DNA of 43,362 nucleotides from Azolla caroliniana (GCA_043228905.1 JBHGNT010000264.1:1-43362), one strand, 5' to 3'. Shown: positions 11,401-24,277, numbered from the stretch's first letter. Translations and numbers: made by a program. Notes: generated by a model from the letters alone, not told the origin.

Positions 11401-12717
11401 ATGCTTGGACAACAAAAGTACTTGCCTTAGGGGAAGATGCTAGGGTACAAGATTCGGTCGGTACATGATTGGGAGGTTTTCAGCATGAAGAGGTGGACGG
11501 GTCAGATTATTAATTGTAGGATTACTGGAAGACTAGCGAAGGTAACCCAACTGATAGATGGGGTTGTTGATGGATTGGATAAGTTGACTGCGGAAGAGAC
11601 AGTTTGGTCGGGTTGGTTTGTAGGTGAGGGTGACACACAACTTATCCGTGGTAGGTGCTAAACTAGCGAGGATCGTTTGTGGGGTAACCAAAGTTCTTTG
11701 ACAGATGACGGTAGGTGGATGGTAGTGCGGGTGGCAGTGTTGGAGGGTAAGTGGTAGCAATTGATCCTAGACCCTAAGACACTGGATCATGATTGTAAAA
11801 TATGGCTTTACGATAACAAGCCCTTATATGATTTGGAGTGGGACCCATTGGAGGTTTGGTGGCAGACACCAAGAACAAAAAACTTGAAAAAGTTTTTTGA
11901 ATACAATACCAAGCTAGGAAGACAAATCGTTGGCTCCAAAACCGTGTATGTTGGAATGATTCACAATAGCTAGAAGGATAAAGGCATTTCAGACGACGAT
12001 TTGAAGTTGTTTTGGAGGAGACTATGGGCATTGGATATGCTAGAAAAAATTAAGGCTTGGTGATGGCTTCTTTGCCACAAGGCGGTACCTGTAGGCGAGT
12101 GGTTGAGCTCCCGTGGTGGTGAGGCTAGCTATAAGTTATGTGGACAGGCTTTGGAATCAATCTCTCACTATTTTTGGAATTGTATAGAGGCGATTAGCAT
12201 TTGGAGTAGAAGCCTTCGAATCGTGGCAGCCTGTGGTGTGAAAGGGAACGTTGTGTGGGGCTCAATACAAGGGTTGTCCTTAAAAGGGGAAAGTTGGGGT
12301 GAACGGTTAAACCCACAAGGACATGGATTTATAGTGCAGGGCGGTAGCGTGTTCCAATGTGATGGGGTGAGACCAGGCACAAATTCTGAAATTTTTGAGG
12401 AGATTTGGCTTATGGTGGCCTATTTGGCGGCCTGGCACATCTAGATCAAGCGTTGTAAGGTTGTTTTTCAACAGCAAAAGATCTCATGCGGGGAGATGAT
12501 GTTAAATATCTGGTTTGATCTTGTGGCTTGGTTGCGCGGTCGGTATGATTCGATTCAAGGGGATTCAGAAGAAGCAGAAAGGGGAAGGTCAAAGTTCTTG
12601 CTGAAATGGAGTAGCTCTCCCATGCTAGTCAAATCTTCATCGAGGCCTAAGTGGAATTACCAAGCACCTAGGTGGCTATTTCCACCGATGGCTCCCAATA
12701 TTGTACATGGGTTGTAA
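8410..12717 (+). pseudogene. LINE-a ORF2 (endonuclease, reverse transcriptase, zf-RVT) with multiple stops
   Basis: MKLLTWNIQGL, LLLQEHH, NVYAPN, DFN, SRIDRIY, SDH (APE); WRPITLLN, LDFEKAYDRV, RQGCP, YADD (RT); ESISHYFWNC. Confidence 0.93.
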
Positions 12718-12986
12718 TTATGTATGTATAGCTGACACAAACGTGCGTCATGGAGTTGTAGAGTCGGGGTAACATAGGGTTTAAGTCAATTTTGCTTGAG
12801 TTAAGGATCGGTTGAGTTTTTTTGTTGTTTTTGGTTGATAGTTTTGGAGTTGTTTCTCCAAGTTGTATATGTTGATCCCATTTTGGATTTGGATAAACTT
12901 TGTTGTATTCTATTTGCTAACTAATGCGAAGTAGTGGTTTTTTTGGAAAAAAAGAAGAAGAATGTATACAAGATTTGACATTTGAT

Positions 12987-13148
12987 ATTCAAATGTGGGC
13001 ATAAAAAAGCCCAATAATGCATGAATCACATGGGCAAATTCAAGCATTCAAATGTTGGCATTTAAATGACATTCAAATGTGGGCATAAAAAAGCCCAATA
13101 ATGCATGAATCACATGGGCAAATTCAAGCATTCAAATGTTGGCATTTA
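12987..13148. repeat. 84-bp tandem duplication
   Basis: ATTCAAATGTGGGCATAAAAAAGCCC... at 12987 and 13071. Confidence 0.88.
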
Positions 13149-13314
13149 TGTAGATGGGCAAATTGAAGCATTGTTAATTTAAACATTAACTAATTCAAAT
13201 TTTGGGTTATAAAATGTTCATATTTTTTTGTAACATACATTCCCTTGAGAAAAAGTATTATTTTTGGGGAATTGTTTCTTTGAAGAATAAAGACCTATTT
13301 CTTCTATTGTAGGG

Positions 13315-13750
13315 TAAAAACCTAATATGGATGATGATTGCTTGAATACACATAGACAAGTATTATTTTTATTCCATGTCTACTCAAAATCATGGTTGAT
13401 TGCCTGAAGACACAATAGAAGGAATAAAACCATATTAGGTTCAAGCAATCATCCATATTTGGTTGATGGTTTTTATGACATGGAATAAAACCTAAACCTA
13501 ATAGAAGGAATAAAAACCTAATATGGATGATGATTGCTTGAATACACATAGACAAACATTATTTTTATTCCATGTCTACTCAAAATCATGGCTGATTGCT
13601 TGAAGACACAATAGAAGGAATAAAACCATATTAGGTTCAAGCAATCATCCATATTTGGTTGATGGTTTTTATGACATGGAATAAAACCTAAACCTAATAG
13701 AAGGAATATGATACCTAATAAAAACCTAAACCTAATAGAAGGAATATGAT
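13315..13750. repeat. ~196-bp tandem duplication with internal AAACCTAA(T)AGAAGGAATA subrepeats
   Basis: TAAAAACCTAATATGGATGATGATTGC... at 13315 and 13511. Confidence 0.85.
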
Positions 13751-13939
13751 ATCGTATCGACTAACTACTGCAGGTGCTCGCGGACAACAAGTGTTGTGCC
13801 TCACTGAAGATGTCTGCAACAGGTGCTTGCAGACAGCAGGTGGTGCGCCTCGCTCAAAAACCCTAAACCCTCAACCTCACGCTTCTTATTTGCAAACAGG
13901 AAAAAAATGACAGAAAAAAAGGGTTTTTATACTTCCCTC

Positions 13940-14149
13940 AAACTAATGAGAAGGGCTCCCTTTCACAAAGTGGAGCCCTTCTTTAATGAGACGAGCTCCG
14001 TTTTTAATGAGACGGGCTCCCTCTTTAATTGGCACGCCTTTTCCACAACCACATTGGACGGCGCATATCGCACATGCCCTCATCTAGCGACCTGCACCGT
14101 CCCTCTCCGCAATTCCCTCACTTGCCCTCTTTAATATTTGGTAGTAGTT
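13940..14149 (-). mobile_element. Possible degenerate CACTA (En/Spm) terminus with subterminal repeats
   Basis: Minus strand reads (A)ACTACTACCAAA at 14149, one mismatch from CACTACTA. Repeated TTTAATGAGACG(A/G)GCTCC and GGGCTCC/GGAGCCC motifs in both orientations. Other end not found. Confidence 0.35.
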
Positions 14150-15242
14150 AGACACCACGATACATGATACATACATACATACATACATACTGATACATAC
14201 ATGCATGCATGCATATCTTATGTGTCCCTATCTATCTATGTTATGTCTTTACGTCCCCCTCCATCCATAGTCGGGTGGTCATGGTGGCGGTGCGTACACC
14301 CCATGGAGAGACATGCCACTCAACACTACATACCTTGTTTCTCTTACTCCAAATCGAATCGATCATATATGTATATTTATATACATATATCATTGTACCA
14401 CCCAATGCGTACTAAGATAGGTTGCACAAGCTGTCTTGATATGATGGGGAGGGTAGCCTCTTGTATGCGTAGTTATTTGTTTTTTATGTGTATCATATCG
14501 TATGCATAGTGTCTTTGTTTGAAGTGATTCGTGAAATCTTTCTTGTATTCCATTCATGAATACTTTGTTCAAGATGGTTTTGTGTATTTGCCCTTGGAAA
14601 AATTGCTTATGCTTCCCCTTCACATAAATTTATCATGTAGTTTCCTCATCTTGGTGATTAAAACTTCGACAAAACTTCTGTCTCGACCAAAATTATCTGA
14701 ATTTCACCGAGGGACGAATGAATAATCTTTCTAAATATATTAAAATTAAGGTTTTTAAGTGGTTATAATTTCCTCCAGATTACATTATTTCGGAGTTAAG
14801 AATCAAATCCTAGATAAATTCCAATTTCAATGGTAATATCCTTTCCATCGGGTAAGAAACTAAAATACATATGGGAGCAAAGTGTAAAAGTAGATAAAGT
14901 GAAAATCCTAATTAGATTAAGATGAAAATCTTGGAGTTTCGGTTTATAAGGCGAGCTCTCAATCAACGATTGTCAAATCAAGAAAATCTAAGAGAGAGAA
15001 AAAAAATGAAGAAGGAACATTGGAGGCTAAGTTTCGCTTGGAAATGTTTGAAGGACACTTAGCTCACATCGATACTTGGTGCATGCACGAAATTTCTTAA
15101 TATGAATAGCTTGATGGTTTGAACTTGGTCCATGTTCTACAAGGTCATGGGTAAAATTCTCCTTGTGACATGGTAAACATGACACATTTCGATATAAACA
15201 TATTCACATACATATAAATACTACCATAGACCAAAATGAGAG

Positions 15243-15763
15243 ATGGAGGAACAAGGAAGAGAGAGAGCGCAGCAGAGAACCGCCTCAATGACACAACAGG
15301 GGAACAATAAAGAAGCATCCCCGCCAACAGATTCTGAGAAGTGGCCTCTACCGATCGTATTCTCGCTCGAAGAGGAGGCTGAATTTAAGTCGGAGGTTCA
15401 TCGTCTAACCCAACTCTTCGTGATCTGCAGAGTGGTGGGAGCTCGGCCGAATAGAGGTGAGTGCAAAGATTTATTACAAGCCTCTATGCATGGATTAATT
15501 GGTAGGATAATAGATGTCCAATTTATGGGAAAAGGATTTTATCATGTGGAATTGGATACAGTCGAATCAGTGGGCATAATGTTTGAACATAGTCCTCTTG
15601 ATGTAAGAGGTGCCCGTGCATTTGTGATACCTTGGAAATAAGGTTTTAATCCTATGGAGGCAATAAGGAAAGGAGATCGGATATTTCCGTTAACGATCGT
15701 CTTCCTGGGATTACGTAAGGAGTATTTACCGATGTTTGGAGAGATAGCTTTGAGGATCGGAAC
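15243..15763 (+). pseudogene. LINE-b ORF1, N-terminal part
   Basis: FVICRVVGARPNRG...MGKGFYHVE...IGT is homologous to LINE-a ORF1; cut by the gypsy LTR. Confidence 0.85.
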
Positions 15764-15847
15764 TGTCAGGAATAGTACTAAAGAAGAGAGAGAATTAGTA
15801 CTAAAGAAGAGAAGTATTATTAGTACTAAGAGGACGGAACTGCGTAA

Positions 15848-15918
<71 letters not shown>

Positions 15919-16210
15919 GATAACAACTCATATATTATGTGAAGGATAAGTACAAAATGGCTAAGAGGCTTAAGACTGGCGTTGAACCAATTTGGTTCAA
16001 AACAATGCCTTGTGCCTCCTTTTATAGTGCTCTCAAGAGTAGTCCTGAAGCTTCTAGAATGTTCCAGAGAAATCCGGAATATACATTAATTTCTTATAAT
16101 AAAGCATAAATGAAAATAATATCCTACACATTACAATAGATGGTGTGATGGTTAAGAGCTCGACCCATATACCATAAGGTCATGGGTTTGAGTCTTGCCA
16201 TATGATGACA
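15764..16210 (-). repeat. 3' LTR of Tcn1-like element, including (GA)n and a tRNA-like U3 head
   Basis: TGTCA...TGACA termini; matches 27543-27910; follows the PPT. Confidence 0.85.
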
Positions 16211-16223
16211 CTATCCCCCCCTT
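16211..16223 (-). other. Polypurine tract
   Basis: AAGGGGGGGATAG immediately before the LTR start TGTCATC. Confidence 0.85.
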
Positions 16224-18713
16224 AAGACAACGAGTGGAACGAGTCGACGTTGATTGAGGACCGGGTTTGTCGGGATACTGTCAGTGAAAATCAGCAAGAA
16301 GATCCTAAGCATTGACGACATGCTCGACGGGCTCCCAAGTACATTCGCTCGGACTATAGCCGAGCCAATCAACCAAATAATAAATTTGTAGCAACTTCAT
16401 ACTCCGGGCCGGTGTCTAACTCAAGCGGGGGCGGCAGTGGTGTAACACGATCGGGAATGTGTTTTCTTTATAAGGTTCAAGAAGAGAACTATGGAAGACC
16501 GGATGTATCCGACGATGCGGAGGAAGATCAAGGCGGAACGTGACATCATTAACCTTACCGGTAATACGGAAAGGACCGAGTCGTCGATAATCCAACTTGT
16601 CGCACGGTCGAGTAGTCATGATGTGACGACGTAAAAGTCATACTTGATCTCCGATGGCAAAAGAGGAGGGAAGCCGATGACGATCCGTGTAAGTCTTCTG
16701 TGTCTGTTGAGCATGACGAAGATGAGTAGAGAGATCCATCTGGATCTTGTGGAGTCTCTCCAAATGATCCTCGGCACGAGGATTGGTAGGTAGCTCCGAG
16801 GTGTCGATCATCGACCAGCGAGGATGAGAACCGGTATAAGCATAGAATGGGGAGACTCGAGTCGAGGAGTGAACAACATTATTATACGCAAACTCTGCAA
16901 AGTGGAGAATCTCGGCCCAATCGTCTTGTTGATAACTCAGGAAACACCGAAGATATTGCTCCAGCATTTGGTTTGTTCATTCCACCTGCCCATCGGTCTG
17001 AGGATGGTAGCCGGAGGAGAGGTTGCAAGAGACCTTGAGCATCTTGAAGAGATGCTGCCAAAATTTGGAGACGAATTGCGGTCCTCGGTCACTAATGATA
17101 CTGTCTGGAAGGCCATGATGCCGAAATACCTCACGCATGACAAGGGCGGCAGTGTCCTCGCTAGTGATGGCCTTAGTACATGGCACAAAATGTGTCATCT
17201 TCGTATATTGATCGACGATGGTTAAGATAGCATCGAACCCCTTTGAGACCGGCAAATCTGTGATAAAGTCAAAACAAATAGACTGCCACGGCTTACTTGG
17301 AATCGGTAAGGGTTCCAACAAGGTGTATGGATGGTGTCGTGGCATCTTTGCTCTGCAGCAAGCATCACAGGTCTGAACGTAGTCGTCGACAAAACGTCGC
17401 ATATGGGGCCACCAAAAGGATCGTTGAACTAGATCCAACATCTTAGTGCTACCGAAATGTCCCGTCATATGGGTGTCGTGACAACTTTGGACGATTTGAA
17501 GGCGACATGAGAAATCAGGGACATATACAAGCTTTTTAAAGAATAACAAACCATCATGATATTCGAATTGTCGGTAGTCCATACCTGGTTGTTGAGACTG
17601 GGAACAGGATGCTCGAGAGGTATCAATGTGCGCCAGAATGTCTTGAGCAAAATTGTCGTCTTCAAGTTTGCATGTATGGTGTCGGTAATCTGGAAATCTA
17701 TTGGGGTGTGAAAAATCCGCGTTGTGTGCAATCGTGTTGGTCCCAAGATTACTTGCTTTTGATTATCGAACGTTGGATCACCAGGACGAGGTGCAAGTTA
17801 TGAACGTCGTGATAGTGCATCTGCCTTTCCTTGCTGCTTCCCCGGTCGATGTGCGATTTTGAAATCAAAACGTGTGAGGAATTGAGCCCACCTAGCTTGT
17901 CGTCGATTTAGCACACGAGCGTTCTGGAAATAAGCAAGGTTTTTGTGATCACTGAAGACGATGACCTGATGTGGAGAGCCCTCCAAAAAATGCCCCCATT
18001 GCACAAATGAATCCACGATGGATAATAACTCTTTGTCATGTATTTCATAGTTGATTTCCGCAGCATCGAATTTGCGTGAATGGAAAGCCACAGGATGTAA
18101 CTCTTCTTTATCTCCTTGTTGAGAAAGGATGCTACCGAGGGCGAAATTTGATGCGTCGGCCTCCATGGTTTGCTTGTATTCACATGAGCTAGAATAGGTG
18201 TTGATGTAAAGGCTTTCTTAAGATGCCGAAAAGCCATGTTCACTTCATTGGACCAAAGAAATGCTTGTCCCTTCCTCGTAAGTTGTGTGAGAGGTAAAAT
18301 AATCTTCGAGTAATCTTGTATAAACTTGCGGTAGAAGTTAGCAAAACCTAGAAAACATTGTACATCTTGTACTGACCGTGGAATTTTCCACTCTAGCACA
18401 GTTTGGACTTTAGCTGGATCCATGGAGATGCCCTTTGAGGAGATAACGTAACCTAGAAACTCCACTTGCTTGCAGTCAAAGCTACATTTTTCTAGCTTGG
18501 CCTAAAGACCATTCTCGCATAGTCGATTTAGTACTAATAGTACATGAGAATTGTGCTCTTCTTGGGTCTTCAAATAAATCAATAGATCATCCAGATAGAT
18601 GATCAAACAGATATCCAAGAGGTCTCTGAATATATCATTTGCCATGTGTTGGAAGACTACAAGAGACCGAACAGCATAACAGTATATTCGAAATGCCCAT
18701 ACTGTGTGCGAAA

Positions 18714-19627
18714 TGTTAGGAAACAGGTCCCTCCGGATGGGAAGTGAGAAGAACAGTGTTCATGAGCAACCTCAACCGAGACCGAAACCGGATGTGAAGT
18801 ACCCGGCAACGGAAGGCCCGGTGAGAACCGGATGTGGAGTACCCGGTAACGGAAGCCCCAGTGAGAACCGGATGTGGAGTACCCGGCAACGAAAGGCCCG
18901 GTGAGAACCGGATGTGGAGTACCCGGCAACGGAAGGCCCCGTGAGAACCGGATGTGGAGTACCCGGCAACGGAAGGCCCGGTGAGAACCGGATGTGGAGT
19001 ACCCGGCAACGGAAGGCCCGGTGAGAACTGGATGTGGAGTACCCGGCAACAGAAGACCCGGTGAGAACTGGATGTGGAGTACCCGGCAATGGAAGGCCCG
19101 GTGAGAACCGGATGACGAGTACCCGGCAAGAGCCGGATGGTGAAGGCCCGGTGAGAAGTGCTCACCGGATGAAGAGACATATTCGTAAATATGTTTTCTG
19201 CGAGTCCATTGGGGCTATATTTGTAAATAGCCAAAAAGTCATATTAGTATAAATATGACTTAGGGCAAACTTAGAATGCTCGATGTTGTAGTTGTCATTC
19301 TTGTTGGTGCAAGATTTGAGTGCAACCGTGTACAGAGAGAGAGAGAGAGAGAGAGGAAGAGGTTGTTGCCTCTGTTGTAACCGCCGCCTGTGGTGAAGAT
19401 AGCAAGCTCGAGGCCGTTGCCTCGGTGCATTACTATTGTACATTATGATATAGTGATAGTTTGCAGTCTGTGGGCTACCGTGGTTTTTCCCTAGTTTGGG
19501 TTTTCCACGTAAACATCTTGTGTACTCTTCTCTTCACTGTGTTGTGCGTACATTACCCATTTTCTGTGTTTTATCCTAAGCTCGGTTGTGGCCAAGCGTT
19601 GTTCATCCGGAGCATGTGTTCCTGTCA
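18714..19627 (+). repeat. Copia 5' LTR with 8 full copies of a 40-bp repeat (18786-19105)
   Basis: Unit AACCGGATGTGGAGTACCCGGCAACGGAAGGCCCGGTGAG. Confidence 0.95.
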
Positions 19628-19630
19628 AAG

Positions 19631-19642
19631 TGGTATCAGAGC
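19631..19642 (+). other. PBS for initiator tRNA-Met
   Basis: TGGTATCAGAGC, 3 nt after the LTR. Confidence 0.95.
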
Positions 19643-19657
19643 GAAACGACACAGAAA

Positions 19658-22600
19658 ATGGATGAATCGTTGGGAGGCATGTTCAAGCTCACCGGCTCCA
19701 ACTATTCCGCGTGGAAGTCGAAGATGAGGGACATGCTCGTGGTCAAAGATCTTTGGTTGCCAGTTCAGTTCGGGGACAAGAGACCGGACAAAATCGACGC
19801 CACGATATGGGAGGTGATGCACATGAAGACAACGGCTTACATACGGTGTGCTTCATTGACATGAGTCTATACAACAACTTCAATGAAGAGAGCAAGGCTC
19901 ATGAGCTTTGGGAGAAGATCGACATTATCTTTCAAAACAAAAATGTTGTTAATCAGGTTTCGGTATTTCGGAAGCTAGTAAGACTCCGGTACCAAGATGG
20001 CTCCAGCATGGCGGAGCACATGAATGCCTTCCATGGGCTGATCCACCAAGCAACATCATTGGAAGTACCTCTCGCCGATGAGGTACTAGCGCTACTCCTG
20101 CTTGGTTCCCTCCCAGATAGCTGGGAGACGTTGGTTGTCACCTTGGGCAATGCCGGGCCGGAAGTGAAACGTTTATCCCTAGCAAGAGTGAAGTCGAGCT
20201 TGCTAGATGAGGAGGCGCGTCGGAAAGATAAGGATACAAGCTCCGACTCCAAAGCACTCCTTACCGAATCGGAACGCGGAAGACAAAGGAACCGTAGCCC
20301 CCAGAACCGGGAAAGTCGGGGGGGAGGCCTACTTGCTTCTATTGCGGCAAGCCGGGACACTTCCAAAAGAACTGTCGGCACTTCCGAAAAGACAAGGAAA
20401 CCGACGGTACCGATTTGAAGCGGACACCGGACCGGAACGGTAAAGACTGGAGGGGGCCGTACCGGAAGGGAACGACGGAAATCGCAGCAAGTGAAGAAGA
20501 GTTGATGCTCATCACCGAGGAGAGTGAGCTAAACCTTGCCGGCGGCGAGATGACCTGGGTGGTCGACTCCGGAGCGTCGTTCCACCTTACCCCGGACCAG
20601 AAATGCTTCTCATCTTACTCAGCCAGTGATCACAGTTGTGTCCGGATGGGGAATGAAGGTACATGCTGAATTGTCAGCATAGGAGACGTGTGGTTGACAA
20701 CACCAACCGGATGCAAGCTGTTGTTGAAGGATGTCTGACACATTCCGGAGGTTCGTCTGAATCTTATATCAGTCGGTCAGCTAGATGATGAAGGCTACAC
20801 GGGTAGCATCCAGAACGGTATTATGAAGTTCAGCAAATGGAGCCTCATTGTGGCTCGGGCCCGGAAAGTAAACACGTTGTACCTGATGACTGCTCAGTTA
20901 TGCCTTGAAGAAGTGAACGTGGCATCCGACACTGCCAGTGAGCTGTGGCACAAGAGGCTGTGTCACATGAGCGAGAAGGGGATGAAGAGGCTTGCAGATG
21001 ACAACCTCATTCCAGTGAAGAACGTGCACTTGGAGAAGTGCATTGATTGTCTGGCCGATAAACAAAACCGAACCTCCTTCCGACAAAGGCCACCGATGAG
21101 ACATAATGCACCAATAGAGTTGGTGCATACTGATGTGTGTCAAGTGGACATGAAGTCACATGCCAGATCGCAGTACTTCGTGACGTTCATAGATGACCAC
21201 AGCTGGAAGCTGTGGGCCACACCGTTGAAGACAAAGGATCAGGTGTTATCCATCTTCAAAGAGCTCCACGCGAGAGTGGAAAGAGAAACTGGTTGGAAGC
21301 TGAAGGCGGTTCGAGCAGATAACGGAGGTGAATACCGGGGGCAATTCAAGGAGTATTGTCGCTCGAAGGGAATACGGCTCGAATTTACCGTGCTGAAGAC
21401 GCCAGAACTAAACAGGTTGGTCGAGAGGATGAACCAAACCATAATGGAGAGGGTCCGGAGTATGTTGGCGCATGCAAAATTACCCAAGACGTTTTGGGCT
21501 GAGGCGCTGTCGACAACGACGTATGTGATAAACAGATCACCCTCAGTGCCCTTCGATGGAGACACACCGTAGAAGATGTGGACCAGTAAGGAAGTGTCCT
21601 ACCGGCATATGAAGGTGTTTGGGTGTCTCGCGTACGTGCATGTTGCTAAGGACCGGAGAGGAAAGTTGGATCCAAAGACCCGGCCATGTATATTCCTCGG
21701 TTACGGCGACGATGAGTTCGGTTACCGAGTGTGGGACCCGGTCGACAAGAAGGTGTTCCGGAGTCGAGATATTATCTTCATGGAGGACAAGACGCTCGCT
21801 GACTGGGAGTCGGAGAAGAAGGTAATGAACTCTGAGTCGACCGATAAGGATCGATTCTACGATGACCAGACCCAACCGGCAAGAGACCGATTAGCACTCG
21901 ATGAACACGCCAGTTACGGTGAGGATACCGAACCGGTAGAAGAAGAAGTAGAGGAAGCTGAAACCGGAACCGGCCAAGACCCCGAATCGGATTCAGATGA
22001 AGAGCAAATGGAGGAGCTAGTTACCGAAGCCCAAAGACGGAGATATCCTCTCAGAGAGAGAAGGGCCCCTCGGAGATTTTCGGATGCAGAGCATGTGCTG
22101 CTGACCGATGAGGGGGAGCCAGAAAGCTTCGAGGAAGCTAAAAGTGACGCCCACATCCGCAAATGGTTAAGTGCCATGCAGGATGAGATGGATTGCTTGC
22201 ATGAGAACCATACGTACGAATTGGTGGAGTTGCCTAAAGGAAAGCGGGCACTCTGAAACAAGTGGGTGTACAAGTTGAAACCGGGAGATGCCGGCAACCC
22301 CCTGAGATACAAAGCAAGGATCGTGGTGAAGGGGTTCCAACAGAAGAAGGGTGTGGACTTCGACGAGATATTTTGCCCCGGTAGTAAAGATGACCTCCAT
22401 CCGGACGGTGCTGAGTATAGCGGCAAGCATGGACCTCGAGGTAGAGCTGTTGGACATGACGACGACATTCCTTCACGGTGACCTTGAAGAGGAGATCTAC
22501 ATGCAGCAACCGGAAGGATTCGTGGAGAAAGGGAAGGAGCACTTGGTATGCCGGTTGAAGAAGAGCCTGTACGGACTAAAGCAGGCTCCCCGACAATGGT

Positions 22601-23688
22601 ACCGGAAGTTCGACTCCTTCATGACCGATCAAGGGTACCACAAGACGCAGGCCGATCACTGCGTGTTTGTGAAGAAGTTCGAAGGAGGCGACTTCCTGAT
22701 ACTCCTTTTGTACGTGGATGACATGTTGATCGTCGGACGGGACCAAGCCAGAATACGGATGCTGAAGAAGGCTCTCAACCGAACTTTCGCAATGAAAGAC
22801 TTGGGTCCGGCAAGACAGATGTTGGGGATGCATATCATCCGAAACCGGCCAATGAAGCAATTGTGGCTGTCACAAGAGAAGTACGTGACAAAGGTGCTTC
22901 AGCGGTTCAACATGTTAGAAGCGAAACCGGTCGGATCGACACTCCCGGCAAACTGTAGATTATTCGGTAAGCAAAGCCCGAAGACGAAAGCAGAGAAGGC
23001 TAATATGATGAAGGTTCCATATGCCTCTACCGTCGGGAGCTTGATGTACGCAATGGTGTGTACTCGACCGGATATTGGATACACAGTCGGAGTGGTGAGC
23101 CGGTTTATGAGCAATCCCGGCAAGGAGCACTGGAACGCGGTCAAATGGATACTCCGGTACTTGAAGGGCACTTCGAACATGTGTCTCCAATTCGGCTCTA
23201 GTAAACCTCACCTTGACGGTTTTACCGATTCGGACATGTCGGTTGATGTGGATACCAGCCGATCTACATCCGGGTATGTAATGCAATATGCAGGGGGAGC
23301 TGTTTCGTGGCAATCGAGGCTGCAGAAGACGGTTGCGTTGTCAACCACGGAAGCGGAGTACATGGCGGCTGTGGAAGCCGGCAAGGAAATACTATGGATG
23401 AAGGACTTCATTGGAGAGCTCGGTATCCGGCAAGATGAATACCGACTCTATTGCGACAGTCAAAGTGCCATCCACCTTCCTAAAAACATTTCGTACCATT
23501 CCAGGACTAAGCACATCCAGCGTAGGTATCACTGGATCCGGGAGCGAGTAGAAGATCGAGAGTTCGCACTGACGAAGATCCACACGGCCGAGAACGGGTC
23601 AGATATGCTGACCAAAGTTTTGATACCCGACAAGCTGGATGCATGTCGGAAGCGGATCGGACTAGTAAGACATCCCATGCCGAAGTGA
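19658..23688 (+). pseudogene. Copia gag-pol polyprotein, with frameshifts and stops
   Basis: KLTGSNYSAWK, LLLGSLPDSW, CFYCGKPGHFQKNC, WVVDSGASFH, LWHKRLCH, HTDVC/ADNGGEY/ERMN, LYGLKQAPRQW, YVDD, STTEAEY, SDMLTK. Confidence 0.95.
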
Positions 23689-23698
23689 AGGGGGAGTT
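23687..23698 (+). other. Copia polypurine tract
   Basis: GAAGGGGGAGTT before the 3' LTR. Confidence 0.85.
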
Positions 23699-24235
23699 TG
23701 TTAAGAAACAGGTCCCTCCGGATGGGAAGTGAGAAGAACAGTGTTCATGAGCAACCTCGGCCGAGGCCGAAACCGGATGTGGAGTACCCGGCAACAGAAG
23801 GCCCGGTGAGAACCGGATGTGGAGTACCCGGCAACGGAAGGCCCCGTGAGAACCGGATGTGGAGTACCCGGCAACGGAAGGCCCGGTGAGAACCGGATGT
23901 GGAGTACCCGGCAACGGAAGGCCCCGTGAGAACCGGATGTGGAGTACCCGGCAACGGAAGACCCGGTGAGAACCGGATGTGGAGTACCCGGCAACGGAAG
24001 GCCCGGTGAGAACCGGATGACGAGTACCCGGCAAGAGCCGGATGGTGAAGGCCCAGTGAGAAGTGCTCACCGGATGAAGAGACATATTCGTAAATATGTT
24101 TTCTGCGAGTCCATCGGGGCTATATTTGTAAATAGCCGAAAAGTCATATTAGTATAAATATGACTTAGGACAAACTTAGAATGCTCGCTGTTGTAGTTGT
24201 CTTTCTTGTTGGTGCAAGATTTGAGTGCAACCGTG

Positions 24236-24277
<42 letters not shown>

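Larger units (their letters stand above)
5944..12962 (+). mobile_element. L1-clade LINE (LINE-a), decayed; 5' end interrupted by the LTR element
   Basis: ORF1 with DUF4283-like region and CCHC knuckle; ORF2 with APE, RT and zf-RVT; T-rich 3' UTR and A-rich tail at about 12947-12962. Confidence 0.9.

Noticed and set aside
16136-16210. Functional tRNA gene (also 26593-26665)
   Set aside because: A/B boxes are present, but the acceptor and anticodon stems do not pair into a cloverleaf.
18786-19150. CRISPR-like array of 40-bp units
   Set aside because: Head-to-tail repeats without unique spacers, inside copia LTRs, in a eukaryotic context.
18657-19252. Repetitive ORFs such as PGTPHPVLTGPSVAGYSTSG (also 23507-24157)
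   Set aside because: By-products of a stop-poor 40-bp LTR repeat whose period is not a multiple of three.
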